From: an uncultured Candidatus Saccharibacteria bacterium
GTDB lineage: Bacteria > Patescibacteriota > Minisyncoccia > UBA6257 > WO2-44-18
Direction: 5' to 3'
Length of the DNA stretch: 64,000 nucleotides
NCBI GenBank assembly: GCA_964545345.1
Contig: CAZJFE010000001.1
Location: 15,360-79,359, forward strand
Shown: positions 1-7,793 of the stretch, in pieces
How positions within the stretch are numbered: position 1 is the first letter of the stretch
Layout of the letters: each line of letters starts with the position of its first letter
Notes under the pieces: model-generated
Seen by the model: only the letters and a program-made list of their open reading frames with translations
Database searches by the model: none
Told to the model about the DNA's origin: nothing
Made by a program: the position numbers and the translations under genes

Positions 1-99
1 TGCCCGAGCTATGCGGCTTGGGTGGAGAAAAATATTCGGATCGCTATTCAAAAAGAAATTCTTAGGGCCAAGGGATTAATCCCTCCGGAGTTGAACTGA
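1..99 (+). CDS. 3' end of a truncated CDS, possibly DUF59/SufT-like
   Basis: Frame 1 is open: CPSYAAWVEKNIRIAIQKEILRAKGLIPPELN*. Its TGA overlaps the next ATG (TGATG). Family guess rests only on a CP motif and the iscU-like neighbour. Confidence 0.45.
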   Translation, partial: CPSYAAWVEKNIRIAIQKEILRAKGLIPPELN

Positions 100-587
100 T
101 GTCGGCCGATGAAGAATTGCTTCGCCATTATCAGCAGCCAAAGAATTGGGGTAGTTTTCCCGAAAAGACCAAGAGTGTATTGATTGGTCAGGATCGATCC
201 GAGCTTTATAATGATTTCCTGTCGTTGTCTTTTCGGTGGGCGATGCTCCCCTGTCCTGAATGTTTTGGCGCTGGTAAGGCGGCAAACTCCGCATACGGAA
301 GTTCTGATATTGAGTTCGTGAACTGTTCCGCCTGTCACACGTTCGGATCCATCTATTATATAGAAGCGGTCCACCACGTTTCAGTGGGTTGTGGCTGGTT
401 AATCGCTTCTTCTAGTTGGTTCTCCGAATACGCTGAATGTAGGCGGGTTGAAGAGATCATGAAGCTGAAAGTTGACGATATTATCAATCTATCTGGTCTT
501 CCTTGGGCGGGAGCCCATTGCGCCTCATTAATTGTTGGAGCGATAAAAGACGCTTTTGAATTGGGATTCAGTTGCCTTAAAGATTAA
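99..587 (+). CDS. Divergent IscU/NifU-N family Fe-S scaffold-like protein with an inserted zinc-ribbon
   Basis: HYQQPKNWGS, GCGWLIASSS and HCASLIVGAIK match IscU HYENPRNVGS, GCGSAIASSS and HCSILAEDAIK. Insert carries CPECFGAG...CSACHTFG. Confidence 0.75.
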   Translation: MSADEELLRHYQQPKNWGSFPEKTKSVLIGQDRSELYNDFLSLSFRWAMLPCPECFGAGKAANSAYGSSDIEFVNCSACHTFGSIYYIEAVHHVSVGCGWLIASSSWFSEYAECRRVEEIMKLKVDDIINLSGLPWAGAHCASLIVGAIKDAFELGFSCLKD

Positions 588-610
588 GGAGCTCAAATGA
601 GCTCCTTTTT
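586..610 (+). terminator. Rho-independent terminator
   Basis: AAGGAGCTC-AAAT-GAGCTCCTT followed by a T run right after the stop codon. Confidence 0.75.
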
Positions 611-770
611 ATTTGCCGGATAATGCGGCAACTAGGCAACTTAGTATACTTGACAGAATCCGGCAATCGGTGTGAAACATGTTGTTTTGTTTAACACTTG
701 GATATTAGGAGATTTGTTTAACAGTTAAGTGTTAAACACCGTACCAGATTTGTGCGGGAATCTATAAATT

Positions 771-1253
771 TGTTTGGTGATAAACAAATCCTATGTAAAA
801 CAGGTGCCGTCATAGCTAGAAGAATTTGTTTATCGTCAAACAATGTTTCACAAACTTTTGTTTTTACAAGTTAAACAATATATAATTTTGGCACTATGTT
901 TAGCGCTAAACAAATGACTGATAAACAAATTACCGGAAATGATGGCGAGAATTTAGCTTGCGATTTTTTAATCAGAAAGGGATATAAAATTATTGAGCGC
1001 AATTATCTGAAACCATGGGGAGAATTGGATATTATCACCAAAGATCGTAGCGGAGTACTGGTTTTTGTTGAAGTAAAAACGATGCGTTGTTTGCCGGCAA
1101 ACACCGTCTTACAACCTGAAGATAACTTAACTGACGCCAAGCTGAAGAAGCTCCGGCGAACCGCCGAGATGTTTGCCGGTAAACATCCAGAACTAATAGA
1201 TAGCGACCTTGGGTGGCGCATTGATTTAGTAGCGATTTGTTTAACGTCAAACA
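771..1253. repeat. Cluster of six 16-bp TGTTT-N6-AAACA palindromes (parS-like)
   Basis: Copies at 771-786, 827-842, 897-912, 1088-1103, 1170-1185 and 1238-1253. Confidence 0.8.
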
Positions 1254-1285
1254 AAAGTAAAATTAGGCACTATGAAAATGTTTAA
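896..1285 (+). CDS. yraN: YraN family (UPF0102) PD-(D/E)XK nuclease-like protein; start may be 914
   Basis: GENLACDFL..GYKIIERNY...GELDII...LVFVEVKT...WRIDLVAI...HYENV. Confidence 0.92.
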   Translation: MFSAKQMTDKQITGNDGENLACDFLIRKGYKIIERNYLKPWGELDIITKDRSGVLVFVEVKTMRCLPANTVLQPEDNLTDAKLKKLRRTAEMFAGKHPELIDSDLGWRIDLVAICLTSNKSKIRHYENV

Positions 1286-1323
1286 CACTTTGTTTAACAG
1301 CGAATTCGGCAATCTTTGCCTTA

Positions 1324-1353
1324 TTGACAAAATGCGGCAAGATGTGCTATAAT
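1324..1353 (+). promoter_or_regulatory. sigma70-type promoter
   Basis: TTGACA (1324-1329), 18-nt spacer, TGnTATAAT (-10 at 1348-1353), upstream of ORF 1411. Confidence 0.7.
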
Positions 1354-1410
1354 CAAACCAGAGTGAAAGTTAAATAACCTCCTGAAATCAACCAAGAGAA
1401 AGGGGATCCC

Positions 1411-1701
1411 ATGGATCATGTTTACAGCTTTTTCTTCGGGGGATGGAAGAACATCCTGGGCTGTATCATCGTAATCTTCGGTCTCTGTTATTTGCAGTGG
1501 CCGGAGGAGACGATGGAGCACCTTCTGGTTGGGGTGGTACAGGTGAGGGATGTAGTTCTCGTACCGCTGTGGCCGGTGCTGAAGCCCCTGCTCCTGATCG
1601 CCGCCGCTATTGCTGCCTTCGTTGTCATGACGAAAGGCGTCACTGGTGGAGGAGGTGGGGGAGGCGGAGGAAAACCGTCTGGAGGGGGCAAGAAGAAGTA
1701 A
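1411..1701 (+). CDS. Small two-TM membrane protein with Gly/Lys-rich tail
   Basis: Two hydrophobic segments, GGGGGGGGGKPSGGGKKK tail, upstream AAGGGG RBS, own promoter and terminator. Confidence 0.65.
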   Translation: MDHVYSFFFGGWKNILGCIIVIFGLCYLQWPEETMEHLLVGVVQVRDVVLVPLWPVLKPLLLIAAAIAAFVVMTKGVTGGGGGGGGGKPSGGGKKK

Positions 1702-1737
1702 GCCGCTTAGGTCCTTTCAGGACCGGGCGGTTTTTTA
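1701..1737. terminator. Terminator hairpin between convergent genes
   Basis: AGCCGCTTAGGTCC-TTTCA-GGACCGGGCGGTT followed by TTTT. Confidence 0.65.
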
Positions 1738-2514
1738 TCGTTCGGCTTTGTCGTAGAGCGTATAGAAGATACTGCGGAACATCTGTACTATATATTGGTC
1801 TTCTATCAGAACGACAAGAGGCGCCTTAGGCTGCCAGAGTACTACTTTATTAGCAAAGATATTGAACGAGGTTGTAAAAGGGCTAGCGCTTTTAAAAATT
1901 CTAAGCTCGCGCAATTCTTCTTTGGCCACCCCTTTGATCAAGTCAACTCCTTTGCCGGGTAAAACTAAACTTCGCACATTGATTTTCTTAGCGACGCGTC
2001 TTTTCGCCCACTCTCTTTGATGCTCCCAGGAAATGAAAGCCAAAATGTCGGAGGCGGAGCCAAAAAATTCTATCTGGTCTTTGGCTTCGTCTAAAATTTG
2101 TTGATATATCTTTAAAAATTGTTCTTTTCCTTCTAATACTCTTATTTTTGTCGGCGTGGCTCCTTGGCGGTAGAGAGCGAGTAGGTCGGGCATGGCTGAA
2201 GTCAGGTGTTGGCCCAAGTCCGACATAGCTTCCTGTTTTTGGCGCAGTTTTTCCAAAACTAGAGTCGGCGATTCCACGGTGAACGATCGGGAATATTTTT
2301 TATGCTCGCTAAATTTAGCTAGGCCGTGCTTTTCTAGCCCGGCAATCACCTTATAAACGTTCGGACGAGGCATGTTTAGGTGCTTGGCAAGTTCGGAGAT
2401 GGAACTCGGCCCAAGTAGTAGGGAAATGGTGTAGAGGTTTATTTCCAGTTCGCTAAGGCCGAGTTGGCGCAGAGAGTCGTATACATTTTCCTCTACTTGT
2501 TTTAGGTCGGCCAT
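1735..2514 (-). CDS. TrmB-family transcriptional regulator
   Basis: N-terminal wHTH (LGLSELEINLY...ISELAKHLNMPRPNVYKVIAGLEKHGL) plus a PLD-like effector domain (IFANKVVLW...IEDQYIVQMFRSIF). Confidence 0.88.
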   Translation of the reverse strand: MADLKQVEENVYDSLRQLGLSELEINLYTISLLLGPSSISELAKHLNMPRPNVYKVIAGLEKHGLAKFSEHKKYSRSFTVESPTLVLEKLRQKQEAMSDLGQHLTSAMPDLLALYRQGATPTKIRVLEGKEQFLKIYQQILDEAKDQIEFFGSASDILAFISWEHQREWAKRRVAKKINVRSLVLPGKGVDLIKGVAKEELRELRIFKSASPFTTSFNIFANKVVLWQPKAPLVVLIEDQYIVQMFRSIFYTLYDKAER

Positions 2515-2521
2515 AGGCTTA

Positions 2522-2544
2522 AGTGTATATCTTATATATACACT
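2522..2544. promoter_or_regulatory. Palindromic operator candidate overlapping the trmB promoter
   Basis: AGTGTATAT-N5-ATATACACT. Overlaps a minus-strand TTGACC-N17-TATATA promoter. Confidence 0.55.
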
Positions 2545-2568
2545 ATTAGTATATTAAGGTCAATAGCG

Positions 2569-2597
2569 TTGACAAATAGTTATATTTGGAGTATAAT
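2569..2597 (+). promoter_or_regulatory. Perfect consensus sigma70 promoter driving the large structured RNA
   Basis: TTGACA (2569-2574), 17 nt, TATAAT (2592-2597). Confidence 0.85.
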
Positions 2598-3011
2598 CCC
2601 CGCAAGAAGTTGAGGGTGGGTTTGGTGGAGTGAGTCATGGTGATGAAGTGGAGCTATGCGGATTCGGCCGGGGCTTTATCAAAAATACATAATTGCCCGA
2701 CGGTGTTCCGAGATCCCATAGCGCTGCAGCATTACCACGTGGAGTACGTTACAACGAACTTCATCATCATGACTCACCTCATCAAATCTTGATGAGGCAG
2801 CACCTTTGAATAGGGAGGCCTAAAATGTGGAACATGTAAAGGCGTAGAGAGCGACCAGAAGAGATGGATCCACAGACCTAAAGAAAAGGGACCGGCAATA
2901 AAAAGTCGGGGAGGTGGGGTAGTAGAGATTGCGAAACCCCACCTCCAGGTTGTTTAACAATTCAGGGTTGCAAGTTACCCCTACCGGACCCTCTTGGACC
3001 GGAAAACTTGC

Positions 3012-3062
3012 TCTGTCCTCGGGTGTGCACCCGGGCTGATGAGCCAGAAATGGCGAAACAGA
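3012..3062 (+). ncRNA. Type III hammerhead ribozyme, copy 1 (predicted cleavage after C3017)
   Basis: UCUGUC^; stem I CUCGGGU/ACCCGGG; CUGAUGA core; stem II GCCA-GAAA-UGGC; GAAA; stem III ACAGA/UCUGU. Confidence 0.93.
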
Positions 3063-3099
3063 TCGTTCTTCAAACAAAATCAAATTAAGGAGGTAGAAT

Positions 3100-3222
3100 A
3101 TGTTCCTTTTCGGCTACTTCGTTGGCGGGATGGTGGGGTGGGTAGTGGCCAAGCACCACCAGAGGTGGGAGCGATGGTTCTGGCTTCGGGTGGCCCGCCT
3201 GGCTCGCGGGAAGGCTGACTGA
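3100..3222 (+). CDS. 40-aa small membrane peptide between the two hammerheads (below the ORF-track cutoff)
   Basis: TAAGGAGGT (3086-3094) lies 5 nt before the ATG. Translation MFLFGYFVGGMVGWVVAKHHQRWERWFWLRVARLARGKAD, then tandem TGA TAG stops. Confidence 0.72.
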   Translation: MFLFGYFVGGMVGWVVAKHHQRWERWFWLRVARLARGKAD

Positions 3223-3318
3223 TAGTACGCGCGGAGAATAACCGCGATAAAAAACCGTTGGCTACCAACGTTAGCGGGGACCCTGGCGAAAAAATAAACC
3301 AAGGCGCTACCGCAGTGG

Positions 3319-3369
3319 TCTGTCCTCGGATGTGTGTCCGGGCTGATGAGCCAGAAATGGCGAAACAAA
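3319..3369 (+). ncRNA. Type III hammerhead ribozyme, copy 2 (predicted cleavage after C3324)
   Basis: UCUGUC^; stem I CUCGGAU/GUCCGGG with a compensatory change versus copy 1; CUGAUGA; GCCA-GAAA-UGGC; GAAACA. Stem III has one mismatch. Confidence 0.9.
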
Positions 3370-3931
3370 TTTCGAGATTGAGCAGAAGGAAGCTAGGAAT
3401 GAGTTCCTTAAAAACAGAGGCACGGGTGGGCGCAGCCACCTTGGTGTCTAAAGAGGATCGGCTAGAGCTTTCCGGTTACGGGCGCTCTAGCTAATCCGGG
3501 GGTTTCGCCCCTCCGCGTTCTGTTTGGTCGAGCTCGCGTTGCAACGCGAGCGGCCATGCAGACGTCTTAGGCCGGCCGCCTAGGACTGACGGAAACAGCG
3601 GACGTAGGCATATCAGTGCGCGCACATTGATATACCTACTGCTCCCTCCCATTAATTTTAGATGGGTGGAATGGGATCAATTGCGAGACTTACTAAAGGT
3701 AGGTGGAGCCAGCCACTCCACTTACCCCTTTTATTCAGTTCATAAAAGCCTAGCTTTTGTGGATTGATAGAGGGTCATTGAAAAAGGAGCTGTGCTCACC
3801 GAGCGCGCATACAAACCAAAAGCCGAATGGTTATGGTGTATGCCGTTGATGTGGGCAGTGCTTGCGGGCTCAACTCGCGCAGCTTCTTTCTTCAACCCCC
3901 TTTCAGGAGACCCCCTATGTTCTAGACGCGC

Positions 3932-3962
3932 AACCCGCTCTTATTCTATGGGCGGGTTTTTT
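3932..3962 (+). terminator. Rho-independent terminator ending the structured RNA
   Basis: AACCCGCTC-N9-GGGCGGGTT followed by TTTT. Confidence 0.75.
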
Positions 3963-4011
3963 GTTGCCGGTTGTCGGCTGTTCGCCGATCAATTACTATA
4001 TATGTAACAAA

Positions 4012-4965
4012 ATGAAGGCCTCGAAAAAGATCGTAGTAATCGGCGGGGGAACCGGAATTTTCCCGGTATTACTCGGGTTAAAGAAGTATTTTCAGGACAT
4101 TACCGTGGTGGTAACAACCGCTGACGAAGGAGGGTCCTCCGGGATCCTTAGGGAAGAATTTGGTATTTTGCCTCCCGGAGATCTTCGCCGCGCCTTGGTC
4201 GCCCTTTCTTCTTCCGATAATAAAATCTTGTCGGAACTTTTTAATTATCGTTTTCAGGAGGGGAGCGGTCTTTCCGGGCACAGCTTTGGAAACCTCCTGA
4301 TCACCGCCTTGGAACGGATTACCGGAGGATTTGATCGGGCTATAGAAGAGGCGGGGAAAATACTTTCGGTTCAGGGAAGGGTGTTGCCGGTTTCTCTGCA
4401 GAAGTGCTTCCTGATGGCCGAATTGGAGAATGGAGAAATCATAAAAGGGGAGAGGAACATTGATATCCCGAAACATGATGGTCATTTGCGTATCAAGAAA
4501 GTTTGGTTGAAGCCGGAAGCGAAAATTAATCCACAGGCGCAGAAAGCGATCCTGGCCGCGGATGGGATTATCATTGGCCCCGGTGACTTGTATACGAGTT
4601 TATTGCCAAATCTGCTGGTAAACGGAGTTTCTCAAGCCCTTAGAAAATCTAAAGGTAGGAAAATATATTTTGTAAACTTGATGACTAAGTTTGGAGAAAC
4701 GCACGGTTTCCGCGCTTCAGACTTTTCTAAAACGATTGAGGAATATTTAGGAAGAGATGTTTTGGATTACGTGGTAATTAATAAAGCCCAGCCCTCGCTG
4801 ATGCGCTTTAAGCCATACGCGAAAGAGAACTCCCAATTTGTGGAAGCTGATCTGAATAATTTTGATCGCAGACCGATTCCGGTAGTAGTTGATCTATTAA
4901 GGAAGAGCGGGTTTATCCGCCATGATCCTGAAAAGGTGGCAGCAGCGATCAAGACGCTAATTTAG
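4012..4965 (+). CDS. yvcK: YvcK/GlmR (CofD-like) UDP-GlcNAc-binding protein; true start likely ATG 4012
   Basis: KIVVIGGGTG, DEGGSSGILREEFGILPPGDLRR, GHSFGNL, IIGPGDLYTSLLPNL, RHDPEKVA. Confidence 0.92.
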   Translation: MKASKKIVVIGGGTGIFPVLLGLKKYFQDITVVVTTADEGGSSGILREEFGILPPGDLRRALVALSSSDNKILSELFNYRFQEGSGLSGHSFGNLLITALERITGGFDRAIEEAGKILSVQGRVLPVSLQKCFLMAELENGEIIKGERNIDIPKHDGHLRIKKVWLKPEAKINPQAQKAILAADGIIIGPGDLYTSLLPNLLVNGVSQALRKSKGRKIYFVNLMTKFGETHGFRASDFSKTIEEYLGRDVLDYVVINKAQPSLMRFKPYAKENSQFVEADLNNFDRRPIPVVVDLLRKSGFIRHDPEKVAAAIKTLI

Positions 4966-4967
4966 GG

Positions 4968-6014
4968 ATGAAGTACAAATTTTTTACCAGCTCTGAAAAA
5001 GCATGGCAGGCGATGCAGGAGGCGGCGGAGTCGGCCAAGAAATCAATTTTCCTGGAAAGTTTTATTTTGACCGATGATCATAAGACGCATAAGTTTTGGC
5101 AGGTCTTGAAAGCGAAGGCCAGAGAGGGGGTGAAGGTAAAAATAATTGTGGATCGGGCGGGGAGTTTTTGGTTTGGCACGATTGATCGCGAGGCCTTCGC
5201 CAGAGCCGGCGCTGAAGTTTTGATCTACAACCGTTGGATTAATCACACACACAGGAAACTGCTGATCGTGGATGAAGCAATTGGTTTTATTGGCGGCGTG
5301 AATATCCGCGGCGAATACGCGGACTGGCTAGATTTGCATTTGCGAACCACCGGACTTCTAGTCAAGCGGCTACTTAGCTCTTTTTCTCAAATATACTTTT
5401 TGTCCGGCGGCCGCGATGAATCGGTAACCGGTTTTCGCAGATGGCGAATTCCTAAGCTGAACGAATCTATTTATCGAGCGAAAACTTGGTTGATTGAGCG
5501 TTGGCCGCTCCATGATAAACGCGCTTTCGTTAACTATTACAAGAAAAAATGCGCTGAGGCGCAGAAAAGCATCAGAATCGTCACACCTTATTTTGTTCCA
5601 CAACCCTGGTTATTCAGGTCTCTGAAAAGAGCGGCCAAGCGCGGGGTGGCAGTAGAAGTTATTTTACCGGCGGACACCGATCACGCGTTAGTTCATCTAG
5701 CGCATCGATATATCATGAAAAGTCTGAGCCCAATGATTAAGTTTATGATGATGCCGACCATGAACCATGCCAAGGTTCTGTTAGTGGATGATCAAGAGGG
5801 GCTAGTCGGATCTAATAATATTGATGGTCAAAGTTTTAATTTTAACTTGGAGGCCAGTGTAGTCTTTCAGCGAAAAGACATGATAGGGGATCTGCGGACG
5901 ATTTTGGATGATTGGAGAAAAAAATCCACCCCATTTTCAGGGGCGGATTTTAAGTGGCGCTGGTACGATCGGATATTAGAATTCCTAGTAGGGCTAGTCT
6001 ATCCGATACTCTAA
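4968..6014 (+). CDS. Phospholipase D / cardiolipin synthase family
   Basis: Two HKD motifs: HRKLLIVD and HAKVLLVD. Confidence 0.9.
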   Translation: MKYKFFTSSEKAWQAMQEAAESAKKSIFLESFILTDDHKTHKFWQVLKAKAREGVKVKIIVDRAGSFWFGTIDREAFARAGAEVLIYNRWINHTHRKLLIVDEAIGFIGGVNIRGEYADWLDLHLRTTGLLVKRLLSSFSQIYFLSGGRDESVTGFRRWRIPKLNESIYRAKTWLIERWPLHDKRAFVNYYKKKCAEAQKSIRIVTPYFVPQPWLFRSLKRAAKRGVAVEVILPADTDHALVHLAHRYIMKSLSPMIKFMMMPTMNHAKVLLVDDQEGLVGSNNIDGQSFNFNLEASVVFQRKDMIGDLRTILDDWRKKSTPFSGADFKWRWYDRILEFLVGLVYPIL

Positions 6015-7036
6015 ACGACGGTAGTCGCGACTTCTTTGACTCTTTTTTCCAGCGCCTGCAGTAGTTTTTTGTCTTCTACTAATTTTGCTTTTACGTTTTC
6101 AATGCCGACGCCTAATTTTTCTCCCTCAAAGCTGTAAGAGGCGCCCGCTTTTGTCATAACGCCGTATTTCAAAGCGGCGTTAGCGACATCGGCTTCATAG
6201 GACATCCCGGTGCCATACATAATATCAAACTCGGCGATTTTGAAGGGCGCCGCCACTTTATTTTTAACCACTTTCGCTCGGACACGATTACCGACAACAT
6301 CCTCACCTTTTTTAATTACCGCCTCTTTGCGAACATCAATTCTAACTGAAGAATAGAATTTCAACGCCCGCCCTCCGGGGGTGGTTTCCGGGTTGCCGAA
6401 CACGATCCCGATTTTTTCACGTAGCTGATTGATAAAGATCACCATTGTGTTGGATTTAGCCGAGATTGCCGTTAGCTTGCGCAGGGCCTGGGACATCATC
6501 CGTGCCTGTAACCCCATGTATTGCGCGCCCATTTCTCCTTCAATTTCTACTTTCGGGGTAAGAGCGGCCACTGAATCTACGACGACCACATCAATAATCC
6601 CGGAGCGCACCAGACTTTCCAGGATGTTTAGCGCTTCTTCGCCATTGTCCGGTTGGGAGATCAACAATTCCTTTGTTTTCACTCCCAATTTTCCGGCATA
6701 TTCCGGGTCCATGGCGTGCTCCGCGTCAATAAAAGCGGCCTTGCCTCCCTTTCTTTGGGCTTGAGCAATAACGTTTAGAGCCAAGGTAGTTTTACCGGAA
6801 GACTCCGGTCCATATATTTCCACGATCCTTCCTTTCGGTAATCCGCCTACCCCAAGAGCAAGATCTAGGGAAAAGGATCCGGTGGGAATAGATTCCACGT
6901 TGAGCTTTTTCGCGTCACCCAACTTCATAATCGCTCCCTCGCCGAACTTTTCCTGCAAAGACGACAGCAGACTATCCATGTCTACTTTTCCGCCCGCTTT
7001 TTCCGCTCCCTCCTTGGCCTCTTTTTTATTGGTCAT
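6011..7036 (-). CDS. recA: Recombinase RecA
   Basis: [42 protein letters not shown]. Confidence 0.99.
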   Translation of the reverse strand: MTNKKEAKEGAEKAGGKVDMDSLLSSLQEKFGEGAIMKLGDAKKLNVESIPTGSFSLDLALGVGGLPKGRIVEIYGPESSGKTTLALNVIAQAQRKGGKAAFIDAEHAMDPEYAGKLGVKTKELLISQPDNGEEALNILESLVRSGIIDVVVVDSVAALTPKVEIEGEMGAQYMGLQARMMSQALRKLTAISAKSNTMVIFINQLREKIGIVFGNPETTPGGRALKFYSSVRIDVRKEAVIKKGEDVVGNRVRAKVVKNKVAAPFKIAEFDIMYGTGMSYEADVANAALKYGVMTKAGASYSFEGEKLGVGIENVKAKLVEDKKLLQALEKRVKEVATTVV

Positions 7037-7076
7037 ATTTTTTTATTTACGAATATAGAAAATTTACCAAACTTTT

Positions 7077-7730
7077 TTATTTCTGTACATCTTCGGCGGC
7101 CACGGGCTGATAAATGATCTGTTTGACCATCTTCGCTTCCCGACCCAAAAATCTTCGGGCCGCGATCTCAAAAGTATTTAGGCCGGAGTGAAGGTCGTAG
7201 CTGGCGCTAAAACCTCCATCTTTATCGGCGATTACCTCCTCGCCATTAACGAAAACTTTGTCCTTCGGTTCAATTTTACCCCGAAGCTCATATTGTGGAA
7301 GGATTGAGATAACCGTGGCGCTGAGCGGGTTACGAACTTCTAGAGGCGGTATGCCAATCAGCTCGTAGGCATTGAAGCCCAAATAAATTATTACAAACAA
7401 CCCGGCCACGCCAACCCAGAGCCATTTTTGCGGATTGCCTTTGAGAGCGAAGCGATTTTCCGGTAGCTTATCAGATGACCCGGAAGACTTTATTTCTGCC
7501 TCTTCTCTATACAAATCCCACAATTCATCGGTCTGACATTCCAACGTGACCTCTATTTTTTTAAAATATCCGCGAGCGTAGGGGGCGGCCGGCAGTTTAT
7601 GCCATTCGCCAGCTAAAATATTTTCCAAGTAATGTCGGGGGATGTTGGTGAGGAAAAATATTTTTTCCAAATTCAAACCCCGCGCGTCCAGTTTTTCTAT
7701 GATTAACTCTCGCAGGGTTTTTTGCTCCAT
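7077..7730 (-). CDS. RodZ-like HTH membrane protein with C-terminal Ig-like domain
   Basis: TNIPRHYLENILAGEWHKLPAAPYARGYF, one TM segment, typical position between ftsK and recA. Confidence 0.75.
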   Translation of the reverse strand: MEQKTLRELIIEKLDARGLNLEKIFFLTNIPRHYLENILAGEWHKLPAAPYARGYFKKIEVTLECQTDELWDLYREEAEIKSSGSSDKLPENRFALKGNPQKWLWVGVAGLFVIIYLGFNAYELIGIPPLEVRNPLSATVISILPQYELRGKIEPKDKVFVNGEEVIADKDGGFSASYDLHSGLNTFEIAARRFLGREAKMVKQIIYQPVAAEDVQK

Positions 7731-7793
7731 CTCTTTTCCCCCGCATTATACCAATCCGGCTTGTCTGTTAGCAACTAGTCAGGGCTAGAGTAG

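Larger units (their letters stand above)
2604..3962 (+). ncRNA. Large (~1.35 kb) highly structured RNA of unrecognised family carrying a hammerhead cassette
   Basis: Bounded by a promoter and a terminator, with no credible long ORF. Many helices use + strand G-U pairs, e.g. 2618-2649/2758-2789, 3698-3726 and 3735-3767. Confidence 0.72.

Noticed and set aside
2637-2792. 51-codon ORF (MVMKWSYADS...) with upstream GGAG
   Set aside because: The SD and start are buried in the 31-bp helix and the peptide has no recognisable features. Probably chance, though not excluded.
3012-3369. The ~50-bp direct repeat as a CRISPR array or IS ends
   Set aside because: Only two copies, 307 nt apart, with no cas or transposase genes. 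Hammerhead structure fully explains the conservation.
2604-3962. tmRNA, RNase P, rRNA fragment, group I/II intron or Obelisk identity
   Set aside because: I could not find tRNA-like ends, the RNase P GAGGAAAGUCC motif, a group II domain V, flanking exons, or a rod-like fold with a long ORF. An Rfam search is still needed.
2820-4007. ORF-track entries overlapping the structured RNA, and the yvcK extension to 3862
   Set aside because: Short, without protein motifs, and they cross hairpins and the terminator. YvcK similarity begins at ATG 4012.
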